Positions 1 through 18,031 are shown, counted from the stretch's first letter. The stretch is DNA of 64,000 nt from the human T2T-CHM13v2.0 reference genome, Homo sapiens (GCF_009914755.1 NC_060947.1); one strand, 5' to 3'. Program-made: numbers and translations. Notes: generated by a model from the sequence alone, not told the origin.

Positions 1-690
1 TTTGCTAATTATGAACAAAACTACTATAAACATTCCTGTGCCGGTTTTTGTGTGAACATAAGTTTTCACATCCTTTGGGTAAATACCAAAGAGCATGATT
101 GTTGGATCATACGTTAAGAGGATGTTTAGTTTTGTAGTTTTGTAAGAAACTGCCAAAATGTCTTCCAAAGTGGTAGTACCATGTCGCATTTCCACGAGCA
201 GTGAATGAAAGTTCCTGTTTCTCCACACGCTCACCAGTATTTGGTGGTGTCAGTGTTTTGAATTTTGGTCATTCTAATGGGTTTATAGTGGTGTCGTATA
301 GTTGTTTTAATTTGCAATTTTCATAAGTTTATTTGTTATCTGTATATCTTCTTTGGTGAGATGTCTGTGTAGTCTCAGGCCCATCTTCTTAATCAGGTTG
401 TTTGTTTTCTTATGGTTGAATTTTAAGAGTTCTTTGTGTATTTTGGATAACCATTCTTTATCAGATATGTCTCCTGCAAATATTTTCTCCTACACTGTGT
501 CGTATCTTTTCATTCTCTTGACAGTGTCTGCCACAGAGCAGAGTTTTTAATTTCAGGGAAGGCCAGCTTATCAATTATTTCATTTATGAATAATGCCTTT
601 ATTGTATCTAAAAACTGACCACCATACCCAAAGATATCTAGATTTTTTTCCTATGATATCTTCTATGAGTTTTATATTTGTGAAATCTTC
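1..690 (-). mobile_element. Old L1M (L1MA/MB-like) fragment, distal ORF2/3' region
   Basis: Antisense L1 phrases such as AGAAACTGCCAAA..TCTTCCAAAGTGG, CATTTCCAC..GCAGTGAATGA and TTTTAATTTGCA; highly diverged. Confidence 0.75.
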
Positions 691-810
691 TTTATTCTCC
701 TTCAATATTGTGTTGACTAATCTGGGTCCTTTGTATTCATTTTTAAAATATCCTTTCCCTCCTGTTCTTAAGATTATGTAATTTCTACTCAAATGTCTAT
801 TATCGTGGTG

Positions 811-1118
<308 letters not shown>

Positions 1119-1978
1119 GTGGTTTTTTTTTTTTTTAATTTTTTTTTTTCACTTCTTCAGCTTCCATTTAGTTCTTTTAAAAATTCTACTTATCTACTGA
1201 GTTCTTTATTTATTTCTCTCTACCAAGCATTCAAGTGATGCACCCCTTTTCCAATTTGCCTTTCCTTTTTCCAGATACGGTGTTTTCCCAAGTCTGCTAC
1301 TTCCAGCTGTGCACACTTCTATGCCCATTTCTTGCAATTCATCGCTATCCTGCTTTGTGATCTACCAGTTTTCAGGGTTTTCTAAGCATTTTCTCTCTCA
1401 AAGAGTACCCCTCTTCTTCTGGAAGTGATATATTACTGGTTCTACCTCTCATAGTTCCCTGCTTCTTTCTCTTGTTTTTCGCATGTTCTACCTGCTTTTC
1501 TAATCTGGCTTGGGCCCTGGAAATGGTTGTACTGGTTTGGAATGTTCATTTACACTTGCAAGTACTTTAAATTTTGTTCTAGTCTCGGTGTCTTGGCTAA
1601 GATGTAGACATAGGATATGGGTAATTCTATTTGCTCTTCTCATTTATCTGTATGGTTTTCAGATGACATATGTAAAAATTCACATGTTGTTAGCTGAATT
1701 TATCCTATGGGAACGCAGAAGTCCCTGGACGTCTCTTTGTTACTGATGTACAAAAAGACAGTATTGTGCCTATAAAAATATATTTACCTTGTTTTTTAAT
1801 TTTGTTAAAATGTGTTGCATTATTTTATGATGATGATGTGGTGATATATGGACATTTTACTGGCCTCCACTAAAAAAAAATTATTAACACTACTCAAATT
1901 CAATCAAACTCTTATTTCAATGTCTTACAAAATGGAAAAAAAATTAAGTACTAATTGTAGGGTCTGTCATTTTCAGGT

Positions 1979-2393
1979 TGTTAAATTATGCAATCTGCCT
2001 CTTTACATATTTTAAGTTTGTATTAAAGGTCTCTCCCCACATAGTAAACTGGAACTTAACTGGATGTGTAAACACAGACTGAAAGCTACTCTTGTACTAA
2101 TCACTGAGTTTTGGCTAATCGCAGGTGGCCAACTGTTCAAACCATGTTCAAATGAGGCAAAGGCCAAGCTGTAACCAATTCAGCTGTTTCAGTACCTCAC
2201 TTCCATTTTTTTTTTACATGACTTTTCTTTTTCTGTCCATAAATCCTCTATGACCGTGTGGCATCACCAGAGTCTCTCTGAACCTACTCTGGTTTGGATG
2301 CCAGGGAAGGGGGTTGGCAAGGTGCCCAATTTGCAAATTGTTCTTTGCTCAAACTCTGTTAAATTTAATTTGTCTAAAGTTTTTATCTTAACA
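1979..2393 (+). mobile_element. ERV1 solo LTR, MER57-like
   Basis: TG...CA termini, 4-bp TSD AGGT (1975-1978 and 2394-2397), MER57-type core ACTGTTCAAACCATGTTCAAATGAGGCAAA..GCTGTAACCAAT. Confidence 0.85.
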
Positions 2394-2640
2394 AGGTAAA
2401 AAAAATATTTCTAAATATTATGCTTATTATGCTATTCTTTTTATAGGATAATTAAATGTAAAATGTATATAGCAAACCATTTTTGTAATCTCTATCATCA
2501 TGTTTCACTATAAATCTGTAAAACTTTAATTATGTGGCACTTACATATTTAGAAAGAATTAATCTATTTTTCGTTAGTGTTAGGCCTTTTATGTAGCCAT
2601 CTGTGCTCAGCAAATCTTAAGACCTGGAAAGGGTCTCTGA

Positions 2641-4603
<1,963 letters not shown>

Positions 4604-5069
4604 AGGTTCCATTGCAAAGTCCATGCTCCTTTTTAACTGCCTTTACCGTCAGCCTGTTCACTTAAGAATATTTACACATTTTTGCTTAACATATGATAAT
4701 TTATTCAGTATTTGTCTGCTGAGCCTCTCCTGAAGTTTCTCACTAAGAAAAGAGTATAAACCAATTAAGAACCTAGATAACAAGAGACATTCTTAATTAA
4801 CTCTGTGGAAATCATTTTAAAGCTCTCCTTAATGCAATAATTGTGACCAACCTGAAATTTATATTTGTTCTGCTTTTTACAACAAAATGATCTCAATTAG
4901 TTTGTATGCCTCCTCCTCCGGGGTCATGTTTTAACTCTATCTTGAAAGCCCTTGCTATGTTGTCAGTGGACAAAAGATGTCAAATAGTAAAGCAACGATC
5001 CAAAAATGGATGACATATTAGAACAAGGCACGAGGGTCTATTTTCTCATTAGAGTATAAGCTGAAGATA

Positions 5070-5300
5070 GGTTCATTCATTTATTTAGCAACCACTTATC
5101 GATTATCTAATGAAGTGGCAAGCATTAAGTCAGGCCCTATGAATACAGAGAGAAAAGACAGACTCTGCTATCAAATGGCTTGCCACCTAGGGAGGAAGAG
5201 GGACAAATGAACCCCCAGTTGGTATTGTGGCAGTGACAGAATGAGAAGAATGCACAGTGTGCCCTGCGAGCACAGAGGAAGACCACCCACCCAGCTCAGT
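5070..5300 (+). mobile_element. L2 fragment
   Basis: TTCATTCATTTATTTAGCAA start followed by L2-like AGGCCCTATGAATACAGAG..AGACAGAC; diverged. Strand is given as the motif reads and may be opposite to the L2 consensus. Confidence 0.45.
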
Positions 5301-6267
5301 CTCAGTGGTTAGCACAGGGCTTGGTGAGACAAACACCCTCTCTGCTAGGTGCCTTTATGCACAAGACAGGTTTCTTGACTAGATGTGGTAGCTCTGAAGC
5401 CAGACATGCTATGGGATTATAAAACTTGTTCTGTCAATATTATTTGTTCATCCACTTAGTGAATATTTAAGACTTGATGTGAAAATGAATAGTGGATTAA
5501 TCTATCTTTAGGGAGAGTTTCACTTTTGTGCATGCTCTGTAATGGGGAACAAGAGGACTCGTACTTTTCTTAAGTCTTACCTTAAATGAGTTAGAGAGAA
5601 AGGCTTCAAGGGTATTATTGGGAAAGTTTTATGAAAAAGTGTTTATGTAATTTGTGAAACAGATTTACAATTGCCTGAGAAAGCTAAACGTAAAAGACTA
5701 GCTAGTACTATTGGTGTAGGGCAGATAAACAGAGGGCTCTGTTGACAGCAGGCTGAACTTCCACAGAAAGTAGGGCAAAGGTGTATGTTTTTAAGAAGCA
5801 AATGTTGACTTCCTTATAGAGAACAACTCTGGTGTTTCTCAAAAGGGACAACGGTGGGATGATCTGACTCTGATATTGTGATGAAACCCAAAACTCATGA
5901 GATAAAGGAGAAGATTTTAAGAAGTCAGTTAAGAAGAGACATTTTCTCATTAAAATATCTACATTGTGGTGGTCCTTGGTATGGAAACTCCATAAGGAAC
6001 CTCTCAAGTGAAAGAACAAATAATATTACATTCTCCATATTCAAAAAACAAACATGCTAGTTTACCACCTTTTTGCACCTTGTGTTTCCCCCTTGCCAAA
6101 GCTTTGCAGAGGCCAGGACCTTTGGATAATAAGAAGGAAAGAGATGGATTAGAAAAGAGAGAAGTGATCTACTGTGCTATCCTTCCCAGCTCCACCAACT
6201 CTGGGCTTTTTGTTTGTTTCAGATCCCAGCTAGAAGAAGAGAAAAGATTTAAATTAAATGAAAACTT

Positions 6268-6400
6268 GGGGGAGGGGGGAGGGATAGCATTAGGAGATAT
6301 ACCTAATGTTAAATGACGAGATGTAACAAACCTGCACGTTGTGCACATGTACCCTAAAACTTAAAGTATAATAAAAATAAATAAAAATAAAAAATAAAAA
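6268..6400 (+). mobile_element. Very short L1PA (PA3/PA4-like) 3'-end fragment with internal deletion
   Basis: GGGGGAGGGGGGAGGGATAGCATTAGGAGATATACCTAATGTTAAATGACGAG joined directly to ATGTAACAAACCTGCACG; A-rich tail. Confidence 0.9.
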
Positions 6401-7089
6401 TATTTTTTAAAAAAGAGTTTTAGCTATTATGCTGTACTGAACTAAAGTAACGTAACCATTACATTGGATTAGACTCTTAAATGTTAAAACAAAGGAAATA
6501 TTTGCTTATGACTTAAGAGGAACAGAAAAACTGGGATACGGGTGAGTTTTCAGCCTGGGGTAGAAAAAAATAAAATCCCAGGGCAGGTTTTAAGGGACAA
6601 CGGAATAAACAAATAAAATTGCTTTCTGCTGACATCCCGTTGAGTCCTGGTCTCTCAATAAACCAGTTAAGAAAGTATCATACGACATAAGTCAAATTGT
6701 TATCTATTTCTTGTGTGGTAGTGTTTTGATTGAGAATGATTTATATAAAAAGTCTTACACTGAATTGTAATTTCTGGATTTTTCTTTTGAAACATATTTA
6801 TTTCTAAATGTGCTTTAATGTTCATAATAGTGTATACTCATTAAAAAATTATGGAGCCACAGAAAGATAGGAAGGAAGAAAACAGCCATGGGCCAACCCT
6901 TGGTTAATAGTTTGACATATTTCCTTTTAGTTATTTTAGGCATGTTTTCTTTACTTTTTGCTAACATTTTTGTAAATATACTACATTTTAAAAATTTGCA
7001 TTCTGATTTTATTCCACCTAAAATTAAAATGAAAAGCATTTTCAGTGTTACCACAATTACTTTGAACCATCACTTTTTTCTTTTACTTT

Positions 7090-10000
7090 TTTATTATTAA
7101 GGTTTACGTTTGATATATTAACATGCACAGATCCTAATTACACAGTTCATTGAGTTTTTATAACATTAATTCATGTAACCATCAACCTAAAGAAGATAAA
7201 GAATAATTCCATTACCTTGAAAGTTCCCTTACGCCCCTTTAAAATCAAAACTTCCCACCCAAGAGCAACCATTGTTCTGATTTTTTTCTACTATAGTTTT
7301 GTTTGCCTTCAAATTTCATATAAATAGAATTACTAAGTTTATGCTCCACTGTATCTGGCTTTTTATGCTCAACATATTTTGGAGATTAATCCATGTTGTT
7401 GTGTGTGTCAGTAGTTAATTTCTTTTTATTGTTGAATAGTATTCCAATATACGACTACTTCACAATTTGGTTATCCATTGTCCTGTTAGTGGACATTTGG
7501 GTTATTTCTATTTTGGGGCTATTTTGAATAAGGCTGTTTTAAACATTATTGTAAAAATCTTTTTTGTATATATATGTTTTCATTAATCTGGGACAACTGC
7601 TGAGTCACAGGTAGTTGATTATTTAATATTTTTAGAAACTACCAATTCTTTATTCCAAAGGTTTGAGAGTTTCTTTTACTCCACATCCTTTCTAACAGTT
7701 TTTCTGTCTTTTTCTTTTGTTTTTCATTTTTAAACACTTATAAATTCACAGTAAGTTGAAAAAAGAATACGTAGAGTGCTGTCAACTTTTTTCACTTAGC
7801 CTCCCCAAGTGGTGATACGTTACTTTAGTATAATTTGGAAGTGGACATTGCTACAATTCTGCTAAGTAGACTACAAACCTTATTCAATTTTCACCAGTTT
7901 CTACATGTGCTCATTTGAATGTGTCCCTGTGTATGCACCTGTGTGTGTGTGGCAGGGTTCGGGGTGGTCGTAAGTGGTTCTATGCAATTATATCCCACTT
8001 CTAACCACCACCACAAAGGAATACTCCAGTGCTATCCGTTTTTAGTTGCACCAACACCCCAAGATATCTTATATCTTGTCTGTGTGCTCTGGCAATCACT
8101 AATGTATTGTCAATCTCTACAACTATTATTTTGAATGTATTATATAAATGGAATTATTCATTAGGTGACCCTTTGAGACTGGCTTTTTTTTTTTTTTTTT
8201 TACTAAGCATAATACTCTTGAGATTCATCCAATTTGATGGATGTATCAATAGTTTGTTTCATTTCATTGTCGAGTAATAGTCTATGAAATTAATATACCA
8301 GAATTTATTTAATCATTCAACTATAGAAGGACCTCTGGATTGTTTCCAGTTTTAATCTATTGTAAATAAAGGTGCTGTGAAAATAAATGTACAGGTTTCT
8401 GTGTGATGCTCAAGAATGCAATTGCTAGTTTGTATGGTGATGGCATGTTTAGTTTTATAAGAAACTGCCAAACTATCTTCAGGAGTGGTTGTATCAATTC
8501 TACATTCCTACCAGCAGTGTATGAGTGATCTGTTTCTCTCCATCCTTACCAGCATTTGGTATTAACCACTAATTTGTTTTAGTTCAGCTGTTTTTATAGG
8601 TGATATTGAACATCTTTTCACATGCTTATTTGCATTCCATATATCTCTTTAGTCAAATGTCTCTTCATATCTTTTGCATATTTTCTAATTCAATCTTTTG
8701 GGATATTTTTTAATTTTGAGCATCATTTATTCATTCTAGATACAGGTTCTTTGTTGTGTGTGATATTTCTCACAAATCTGGAGCCTGTCTTTTTATTCTC
8801 TTAACAGCCTTTCTCAAAGCAAAACTTTTAAATTTTGATAGAGTGAAATTTATCATTTTTCCTTTTGAAGGATCATGCTTTTGGTGTCATGGGTAAGGAC
8901 TCATCACTTGGCCTCCAGTTCCAAAGATTTTCTTCTAAGAATTCTTCTAAATGTTTGATAGATTTACATTTTACATTTAAACTCATAACCTATTTTCAAA
9001 TAATTTGTGTATAATGTGAGAGCTTTAGGCTGAAGTTCATATTTTGTCTATTACTCCACAAGTATTTGTTGAAAAGACGGCCTTTCCTCTTCTGAATTGT
9101 TTTTATACCTTCGTCAAAAATCAGCTGGGGTATTTGTGTGGGTCTGTTTCTGGTCTCTCAATTCTGTTGCATTGATCTATGTATCTGTCTCTCTGTCAAT
9201 AATACACTCTCTTGATGCTATTAGCATCAGATCGAATGATTCATCCAGTTTTATTCTTTTTTTAGAAAATTGTTTTAGCTGTGCTAGCTATTTTGCCTTT
9301 TTATATAAATTTTAGTTTAAGCTTGTCAGTATCTACCCAAACTCTTGATAGAATTTTAATAGGCATTGCATTAAGTCTATATATCACTTTGGGGATAATT
9401 ATCATCTTTGTTACGTTAAGTCTTTCATTCCATGGACATGTTATGTATCTCCATTTATTTAGATCTTCTAGTTCTTTCATCAGCATTTTATTATTTACAG
9501 CATATCATTCCTATATTACTTTTAGATTTATACCAAAGTATGTCTCTTTTCTATCAATTGTAAATGATATTGTACTTTTAATTTTGATTTTCACATGTTC
9601 ATTGCTAGAAAATAGAAATCAGATAAATTTCTGTGTATTGATCTTGTATCCTGAGACCTTGCTGAACTCTCTTATTAGTTCTAGGAGGTTTTTGGTTTTA
9701 TAATTTCCATGGGAATTTTTTACATAGACAGTTGTGTCATCTGTAAATAAAGAAAATATATTTTATAATTTCTAATCAGTATGTCTTTTTTTACCTTATT
9801 GCCATGGCAAGGAATTTCAGTACTACGTTGAATAAGTGTAGTGAGAGTGAGCATCCTTGCCTTGTTTACATTTTTTAACTTTTGAAATTCTAGCATGTGA
9901 GGGTTGTGGTATCTCATTGTACTTTTAGTTTGCATTGCCCAGATGAATAATGGTACTAAGAACCTTTTAATGTGTTTAATCTCCATTCTTATATCTTATT

Positions 10001-10298
10001 TTGGAAATTTTTTTCCTACATTCTAATCTAAAATCATTAAAATATTAGATTGGTATATTTAGGTGCATAATAAATAACAAACATCTAAATACTTTTTGGT
10101 ACATAGCAGAAGATACAGTTCCTTTGTTTTTCATGCGAATATCTTCTTGCAGCACAATTTGTTGTGAAACATTTTCTTTACCCATTGAATTGAATTTGAA
10201 ATCAGTTAATATATGTATGTATTTATTTCTGACATTCTATTATTTTCCTTTAGTCCTCATGTCTACATTTATGCCAATCCCACAATGTCCTAATTATT
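7090..10298 (-). mobile_element. Nested old L1M fragments (L1ME/L1MC/L1MD-like)
   Basis: Minus-strand peptide LNKWRYITCPWNERLNVTKMIIIPKVIYRLNAMPIKI (9301-9486) matches L1 ORF2; antisense L1M 3' UTR motifs; internal boundaries approximate. Confidence 0.75.
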
Positions 10299-10302
10299 GT
10301 AG

Positions 10303-11047
10303 TGATACGGGAGGGGACAGGGAAGTGCTGGGTAGAGAAGGGCAGGGTCCCTGGTGAGGGCTCCAATCTCGGACCTGTCCCACAGACCTAAATGTAGACA
10401 GACATTTCTGTTTTTACACCCAAAAAGTTGCTTTTTGGCCCACTATGCCTCCATCCTGTGCCCATAAAAACCCAAGACCCCAGCAGGCACACACACAAGT
10501 GGCTGGATGTCAAGAGGAACGGAAGAACACACTGACAGATACCAGCAGATACTGGCAGACCAGCAACAGTGGAATGACACAGACACCAAGGGGAATTCAG
10601 CCGGGGGCAGTCGGAGGACAGTCCAGGCACTGGGAGGCCCAACTCCAGGAGAAGACCACCTTCCCACTCCATTCCCCTTCCGGTTCCCCATCCATCTCAC
10701 CGAGAACTGCCTCCACCAATCAATAAAACCTTGCACTCATCCTCCAAGCCCACGTGTGATCCAATTTGTCTGGTACACTAGGGCAAGAACCCAGGATATA
10801 GAAAGCCCTCTGTCCTTGCAATAAGGCAGAGGGTCTAATTGAGCTGATTAATACAAGCCATCTGCAGATGGCAAAGCTGAAAAAGCACACTATAAGACAT
10901 GCCCGCTTGGGCTTCGGGGGCTATAAGCACTCAACCCTAAACACTGTCGTGGAGTCGGACCCTAAAAACACTCCCCACGACCTGCCCATTTGCATGCTTC
11001 TCCTAGGGGTTTGGGCAGTGGGGGAAGATAAGGGAACTCCCATTTCA
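10303..11047 (+). mobile_element. ERV1 solo LTR, LTR1 family (HUERS-P2-type), inserted into L1M
   Basis: TGATAC...TTTCA termini, 4-bp TSD GTAG (10299-10302 and 11048-11051), TATA-like CATAAAAA near 10463 and AATAAA near 10722; L1M sequence resumes after it. Confidence 0.75.
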
Positions 11048-11051
11048 GTAG

Positions 11052-12620
<1,569 letters not shown>

Positions 12621-13298
12621 TTATTTGTGTGTATGTGTGGAGTTGCTTTAGAGTTTACAATATACTTCTTTAACTTCTTATAGTCGGTCTTCAAGTGATA
12701 CTCTACTAATTTATGAGTAGCATAAGAACTTTGCAAGAGAATATTTCCATTTTCTCCTTGTGGCCTTTGGTCAATTGCTATCCAATAACTTTATTTCAGA
12801 CACATCATTAAAAATTTTTAGAATCACACAGTGGCAACTCCCTTTATATTGTATGTATTTCAGATAGCTATTGAACATAATCAAACAAGCAAGAACTCCA
12901 TCCAAAATACAACAGAAATTTAATCTTCTCACAGCCTACTGACTACTGATTTCACCTTGAAAGCATCCTTATATGATTGTAACAACAGATTTGTGTTTAT
13001 CAGAATAATGTCATGTAAATGGTGGTAAACTATATTTCACATATGGAGAGTTAATTACTACTGCATTATAATATAAAATTAAAAGAAAATTATACTTCTG
13101 AGATAAATGTAGACTTAATTGAATTTCTCAAATGCATTTAGGCACACAATAAGTATTAATAATGTTATTAAATATTAAATAGCAAATGATTATCTAGTTT
13201 CAAGAGCAAAGAAATTATTGTCATTTTTAAGCTAAATTCTCCACCATGAAAACACTGCAACTAATTTAAAAAAACAACAAATAGAAGTACAAACACAT

Positions 13299-13576
13299 TC
13301 ACGCCTGTAATCCCAGCACTTTGGGAGGCCGAGTCGGGCGGATCATGAGGTCAGGAGATCGAGACCATCCTGGCTAACACAGTGAAACCCCGTCTCGACT
13401 AAAAATACAAAAAAATTAGCCAGGTGTTGCGGCAGGCACCTGTAATCCCAGCTATTCAGGAGGCTGAGGCAGAAGAATGGCGTGAACCCAGGAGACGGAG
13501 CTTGCAGTGAGCAGAGATCGCGCCACTGCACTCCAGCGTGGGCGACAGAGTGAGACTCCGTCTCAAAAAAAAAAAA
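13299..13576 (+). mobile_element. AluY, slightly 5'-truncated
   Basis: GAGATCGAGACCATCCTGGCTAACAC, AATGGCGTGAACC and GGAGCTTGCAGTG; imperfect TSD AGAAGTACAA..ACATT. Confidence 0.95.
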
Positions 13577-14339
13577 GAAGTACAAGGACATTGGCTCATA
13601 GGTATTATCAACCAATGAACCAATGTCTAATTGTCAAATTATGATTGTCAATTTCCTTCCACCAGACATTCCTTTGTAATAGAGTGTTTGCACATCTGTT
13701 GATAGATAACCACTCAGTCATCATTTGGGGCATTAGTCCACCAGGTGGTGTATATATTTGATACAAGGTAATTTTTCTAAGGACACACTGAAACTAGAAT
13801 TTCCAAAGTAGCCATTTGTTTTATTTCATGTTTTGGCATGGAACACAATTTTATGTCATTCAAAACAGATTATAGCCATTTCATCACTGTTCCTGCCTTG
13901 TAAGTGTCAACATTATTGTATTGACAATAATTGTAATGTTTTGGAATGTATCTTTTGATAATGGTGATAACTTATGTTGGAAAATTCTAAAACATAACTA
14001 AATATTGTAGCATCGTTGAATGGAAAAGGATTTTGAAAGCTCATTTATATTTATTCTCCAGCTTTTGAACTAAACCTCAGTCACTTTAATCTACCCCTAA
14101 ATTTAATAAGTGTTTTAGTCTCCTAGAAAAGGAAATGTTCATTTCCTGTGAAATAATTTTAATATGTAGAAATTTTTAAAAGATATAACCCCAAGGCAAA
14201 CAAATGAAAACTGTCATGTGTATATCATTTGCATTGCCCAAAACTTTACAATAATACAGTAATGTCTAAAATTTGATCAGCAGTTTAAATTTTACAAAGT
14301 TAATATTAGCAATATTAATATTATTCCCAGTTTATAGAA

Positions 14340-15438
14340 TATTGGGGGAACCAGCCCCCCATATTTCAACATACGTTCTTTTCTATTTTCCCTAAGTGTC
14401 GGCCAGTCTGAGAAATAAAGAGTACAAGGAGAGAAATTTTACAGCTGGGCCTCCGGGGGTGACATCACATATCAGCAGGTTCCATGATGCCCACCTGAGC
14501 CACAAAACCAGCAAGTTTTTATTAGGGATTTTAGAAGGGGAGGGGATGTACGAACAGGGAGTAAGTCACAAGGATCACATGCTTCAAAGGGCCATAAAAG
14601 ATCACAAGGCAGAGGGCAGAGAAAGATCACAAGGCAAGGGCGAAATTAGAATTACTGATGAGGCTCCATGTCCCACTGGGCATGCATTGTCTTGATAAAC
14701 ATCTTAACAGGAAACAGCGTTCGAGAGCAGACAACTGGCCCGACTAGAATTCACCAGGCTGGAATTTCCCAATCCTAGTAAGCCTGAGGGCACTGCAGGA
14801 GACCAGGGCATATTTCATCCCTTATCTCAACCGCATAAGACAGATGGTCCCAGAGTGATCATCTGTAGGCCTACCCCTGAGAATGCATTCCTTCCCCAGG
14901 GTTATCAATTATTAATATTCCTTGCTGGGAAAAGAATTCAGCGATATTTCTCCTACTCACACATTCATTTATAGGCTGGCTGTGAGAAGAAAAATATGGC
15001 TCTATTCTGCCCAACCCTGCAGGCAGTCAGAACTTATGGTTATCTCCCTTGTTCCCTGAAAATAGCTGTTATTCTGTTCTTTTTCAGGGTGCACTGATTT
15101 CATATTGTTGAAACACACATGTTTTACAATCAATTTGTACAGTTAATGCAATCATCACAGGGTCCTGAGGTGACATACATCCTCAGCTTATGAAGAAGAT
15201 GGGATTAAGAGATTAAAGATAGGCATGAGAAATTATAACAGTATTGATTGGGGAAGTGATAAATGTCCATGAAATCTTCACAATTTATGTTCAGAGACTG
15301 CAGTAAAGACAGGCATAAGAAATTATAAAAGTATCAATTTTGGGAACTGATAAATGTCCATTAAATCTTCACAATTTATGTTCTTCTGCCGTGGCTTCAG
15401 CTGGTCCCTCTGTTCGGGGTCCCTGACTTTCCACAACA
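14340..15438 (-). mobile_element. MER11 solo LTR (HERV-K11/HML-8, ERVK)
   Basis: Minus strand begins TGTTGTGGAAAGTCAGGGACCCCGAAC; about 1.1 kb long; 6-bp TSD ATAGAA (14334-14339 and 15439-15444), typical of betaretrovirus-like ERVs. Confidence 0.92.
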
Positions 15439-15922
15439 ATAGAAGAGACAAGATCAGAATTATATATGCTGTACTCAAACTCATAGTAAAATAGCAATTG
15501 AAACGTATACTGTATATATAAAACTAGTTTGTAAAATGTAAATAGGTCCGATAAACCAGTTTTGAAGTACATGAAAAACATCTCATATTTGAACCTAAGT
15601 CTTCTGTCCCATTCTCTGTTCTTTTTTTCATTCGGCCACACTGCTTCTCTAGTACATATTCACTAAAGGCATTAAGTAACTCCTGTGATTATGTCTATGT
15701 GGGACTACAGGTCTGCTAAGGTCTGCTAATTTGATTGAAGTATCCAACCAATTCCTTTAAATAAATGAATTTTCAACATCAAATTTGACATTCTTCAGAA
15801 CTCAGTTTAGACCCTTATTCTTGAAAGTTATAACTTAATCCTCCAAAACTGGGTTAGGTGGCCATTCTCCATCATTACACAGCACACTTTATTTACTCTA
15901 TCTTAAAGTTTATTATATATAA

Positions 15923-16290
<368 letters not shown>

Positions 16291-17863
16291 CTAAAGGGTA
16301 GGCAATTTTTGTTCCCCTTGTTCATTTTATAGCTGTAGTACCTAACATAATTGTTAGTATGTAGTAGATATCATATAAAAAATCTAGGCTTAATGAAAGA
16401 ATAAATTTAACTGTTGGTAGTGAAATTAGGGTAGGAATGGTTATAAAGAGTTGATTTGTCTAGCCTCTGTCAAGACTGGTTACAGATCTGAATGGATACA
16501 GATTTCTTAATGAATGAATAATCTGTTCTGTTTCTACTCCTACCTTAAGCCACTAGGTTGAAGCTTAGACAAGGAGGATGAATAACATTGTCCTGCCAGT
16601 TGTACAGATGTTCACCCAATATTCATGAATTACAAATTTAAGATCTAATCATTAGTGATGCCTAAGTCAATGATTTAGTCGTGTGCTGATTAAGTTTTCT
16701 GATGATTAATGATCAACAGTAGCATCCTACCATAGCAGAAGGCTCCACTTGCTTATTGGGCCACTGATTCTGCTCTAATCACAGCTAGCTGTCCAGAGGA
16801 ACTTGGTTAAAGACCAAGATTCTGAAGAAAAATCAATCCTCATAGTTGAATATGTAGCTTAAATTACCTGCTCAAATGTTGATTGGTTGCCTAATCATTG
16901 CAGAATAGACTATAGACTCTAATTAGGGTGTAGCTCTGAAATTATGCGAAAAGGTCAGGAAACATCATTCTCCAAAGCTTACACTGATTAGGATCAATAT
17001 TAAATGGATTAGATTGCTCATATGGAGAAATCTTCCACCATAAGAGATGAACTGTAAATGTTATTTCTACTGGGGTTTCTTCCAGAACTTGATCTTAGGC
17101 ACTGTAACCCCACCTCGTCAAGAGGACTAAAATATACACTTTTTGTAAAACTTTGGTGGTGGAGCTGTTTGCAGAGTGTTTCAGAATTAAGACTGAACTG
17201 GTGTCTACACAATGCTCTCCAGGAGAGCAAGAGTCTATATTCAGCAGATGTTATTTTTCTGTTCACGTGCTCTCAAAAAGTGTTCTTTACGGTGCAATGA
17301 GGAGAATTCTCTATTCATATAAGATTCTTCAACTCCTTCCCACATTAAAGGGCCTCCTTTTGACTTATATATTGAATGCCACATGAAGGGTATATCATAG
17401 ACAGCAGGAATTATCAGGAAAGTTATGCCTGTTCATTCTCTCTTTTTTAAGTGTACCCTTTCAGTGTATCAATCCATTTTAAGATGTTGGTTGGCATGAT
17501 CAAGGGAAGAGACTGCCACAACCCTTCTCTCTGCTAGTTAATATGTGTGTGCATGTAACACTTTAGATAATAATGCACTTGGATAGTTTGGTCTCAGGTG
17601 GCTATAACTTTTTCCTTTTCCTTTTTACTTTCAAAATAGCATTTTTTCCTTAAGAGCACTTGAAAATAAAATATTTGTTATTGCTTAAAAACAAAATACC
17701 TTTTATAGAAATGTCTCTTTGTGTGTGTTTGTTTATTCTCTTCCTTGTCCAACCCCATTTTTTCCCCTTAGAAAGAACTACGATCTGTTATAAACTTTGC
17801 TTATTTATAGTAGATCAAATGAGTCTCTAGGTGCACATTACAAAAATTAAAACATAACTTCCT

Positions 17864-17996
17864 GGCCAGGAGTAGTGGCTCAAGCCTTTAATCTCATGTC
17901 TTTGGGAGACTGAGACAGGAGGATCACTTGAGCCCAGGAGCCCAGGAACTCACTCAAGACCAGCCCTGGCAACATAGTAAGACCCTGTCTCTCAAA

Positions 17997-18031
<35 letters not shown>

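Noticed and set aside
5480-5680. Faint resemblance to a CR1/L2-clade LINE 3' end (GTRG-like motif)
   Set aside because: Too degenerate to support by eye.
9281-9703. 140-aa hydrophobic ORF resembling a membrane protein
   Set aside because: It is the antisense reading of A-rich L1 ORF2, which yields F/L/I-rich peptides.
10388-10824. Four overlapping ORFs on both strands
   Set aside because: They lie inside a GC-rich LTR, where stop codons are scarce.
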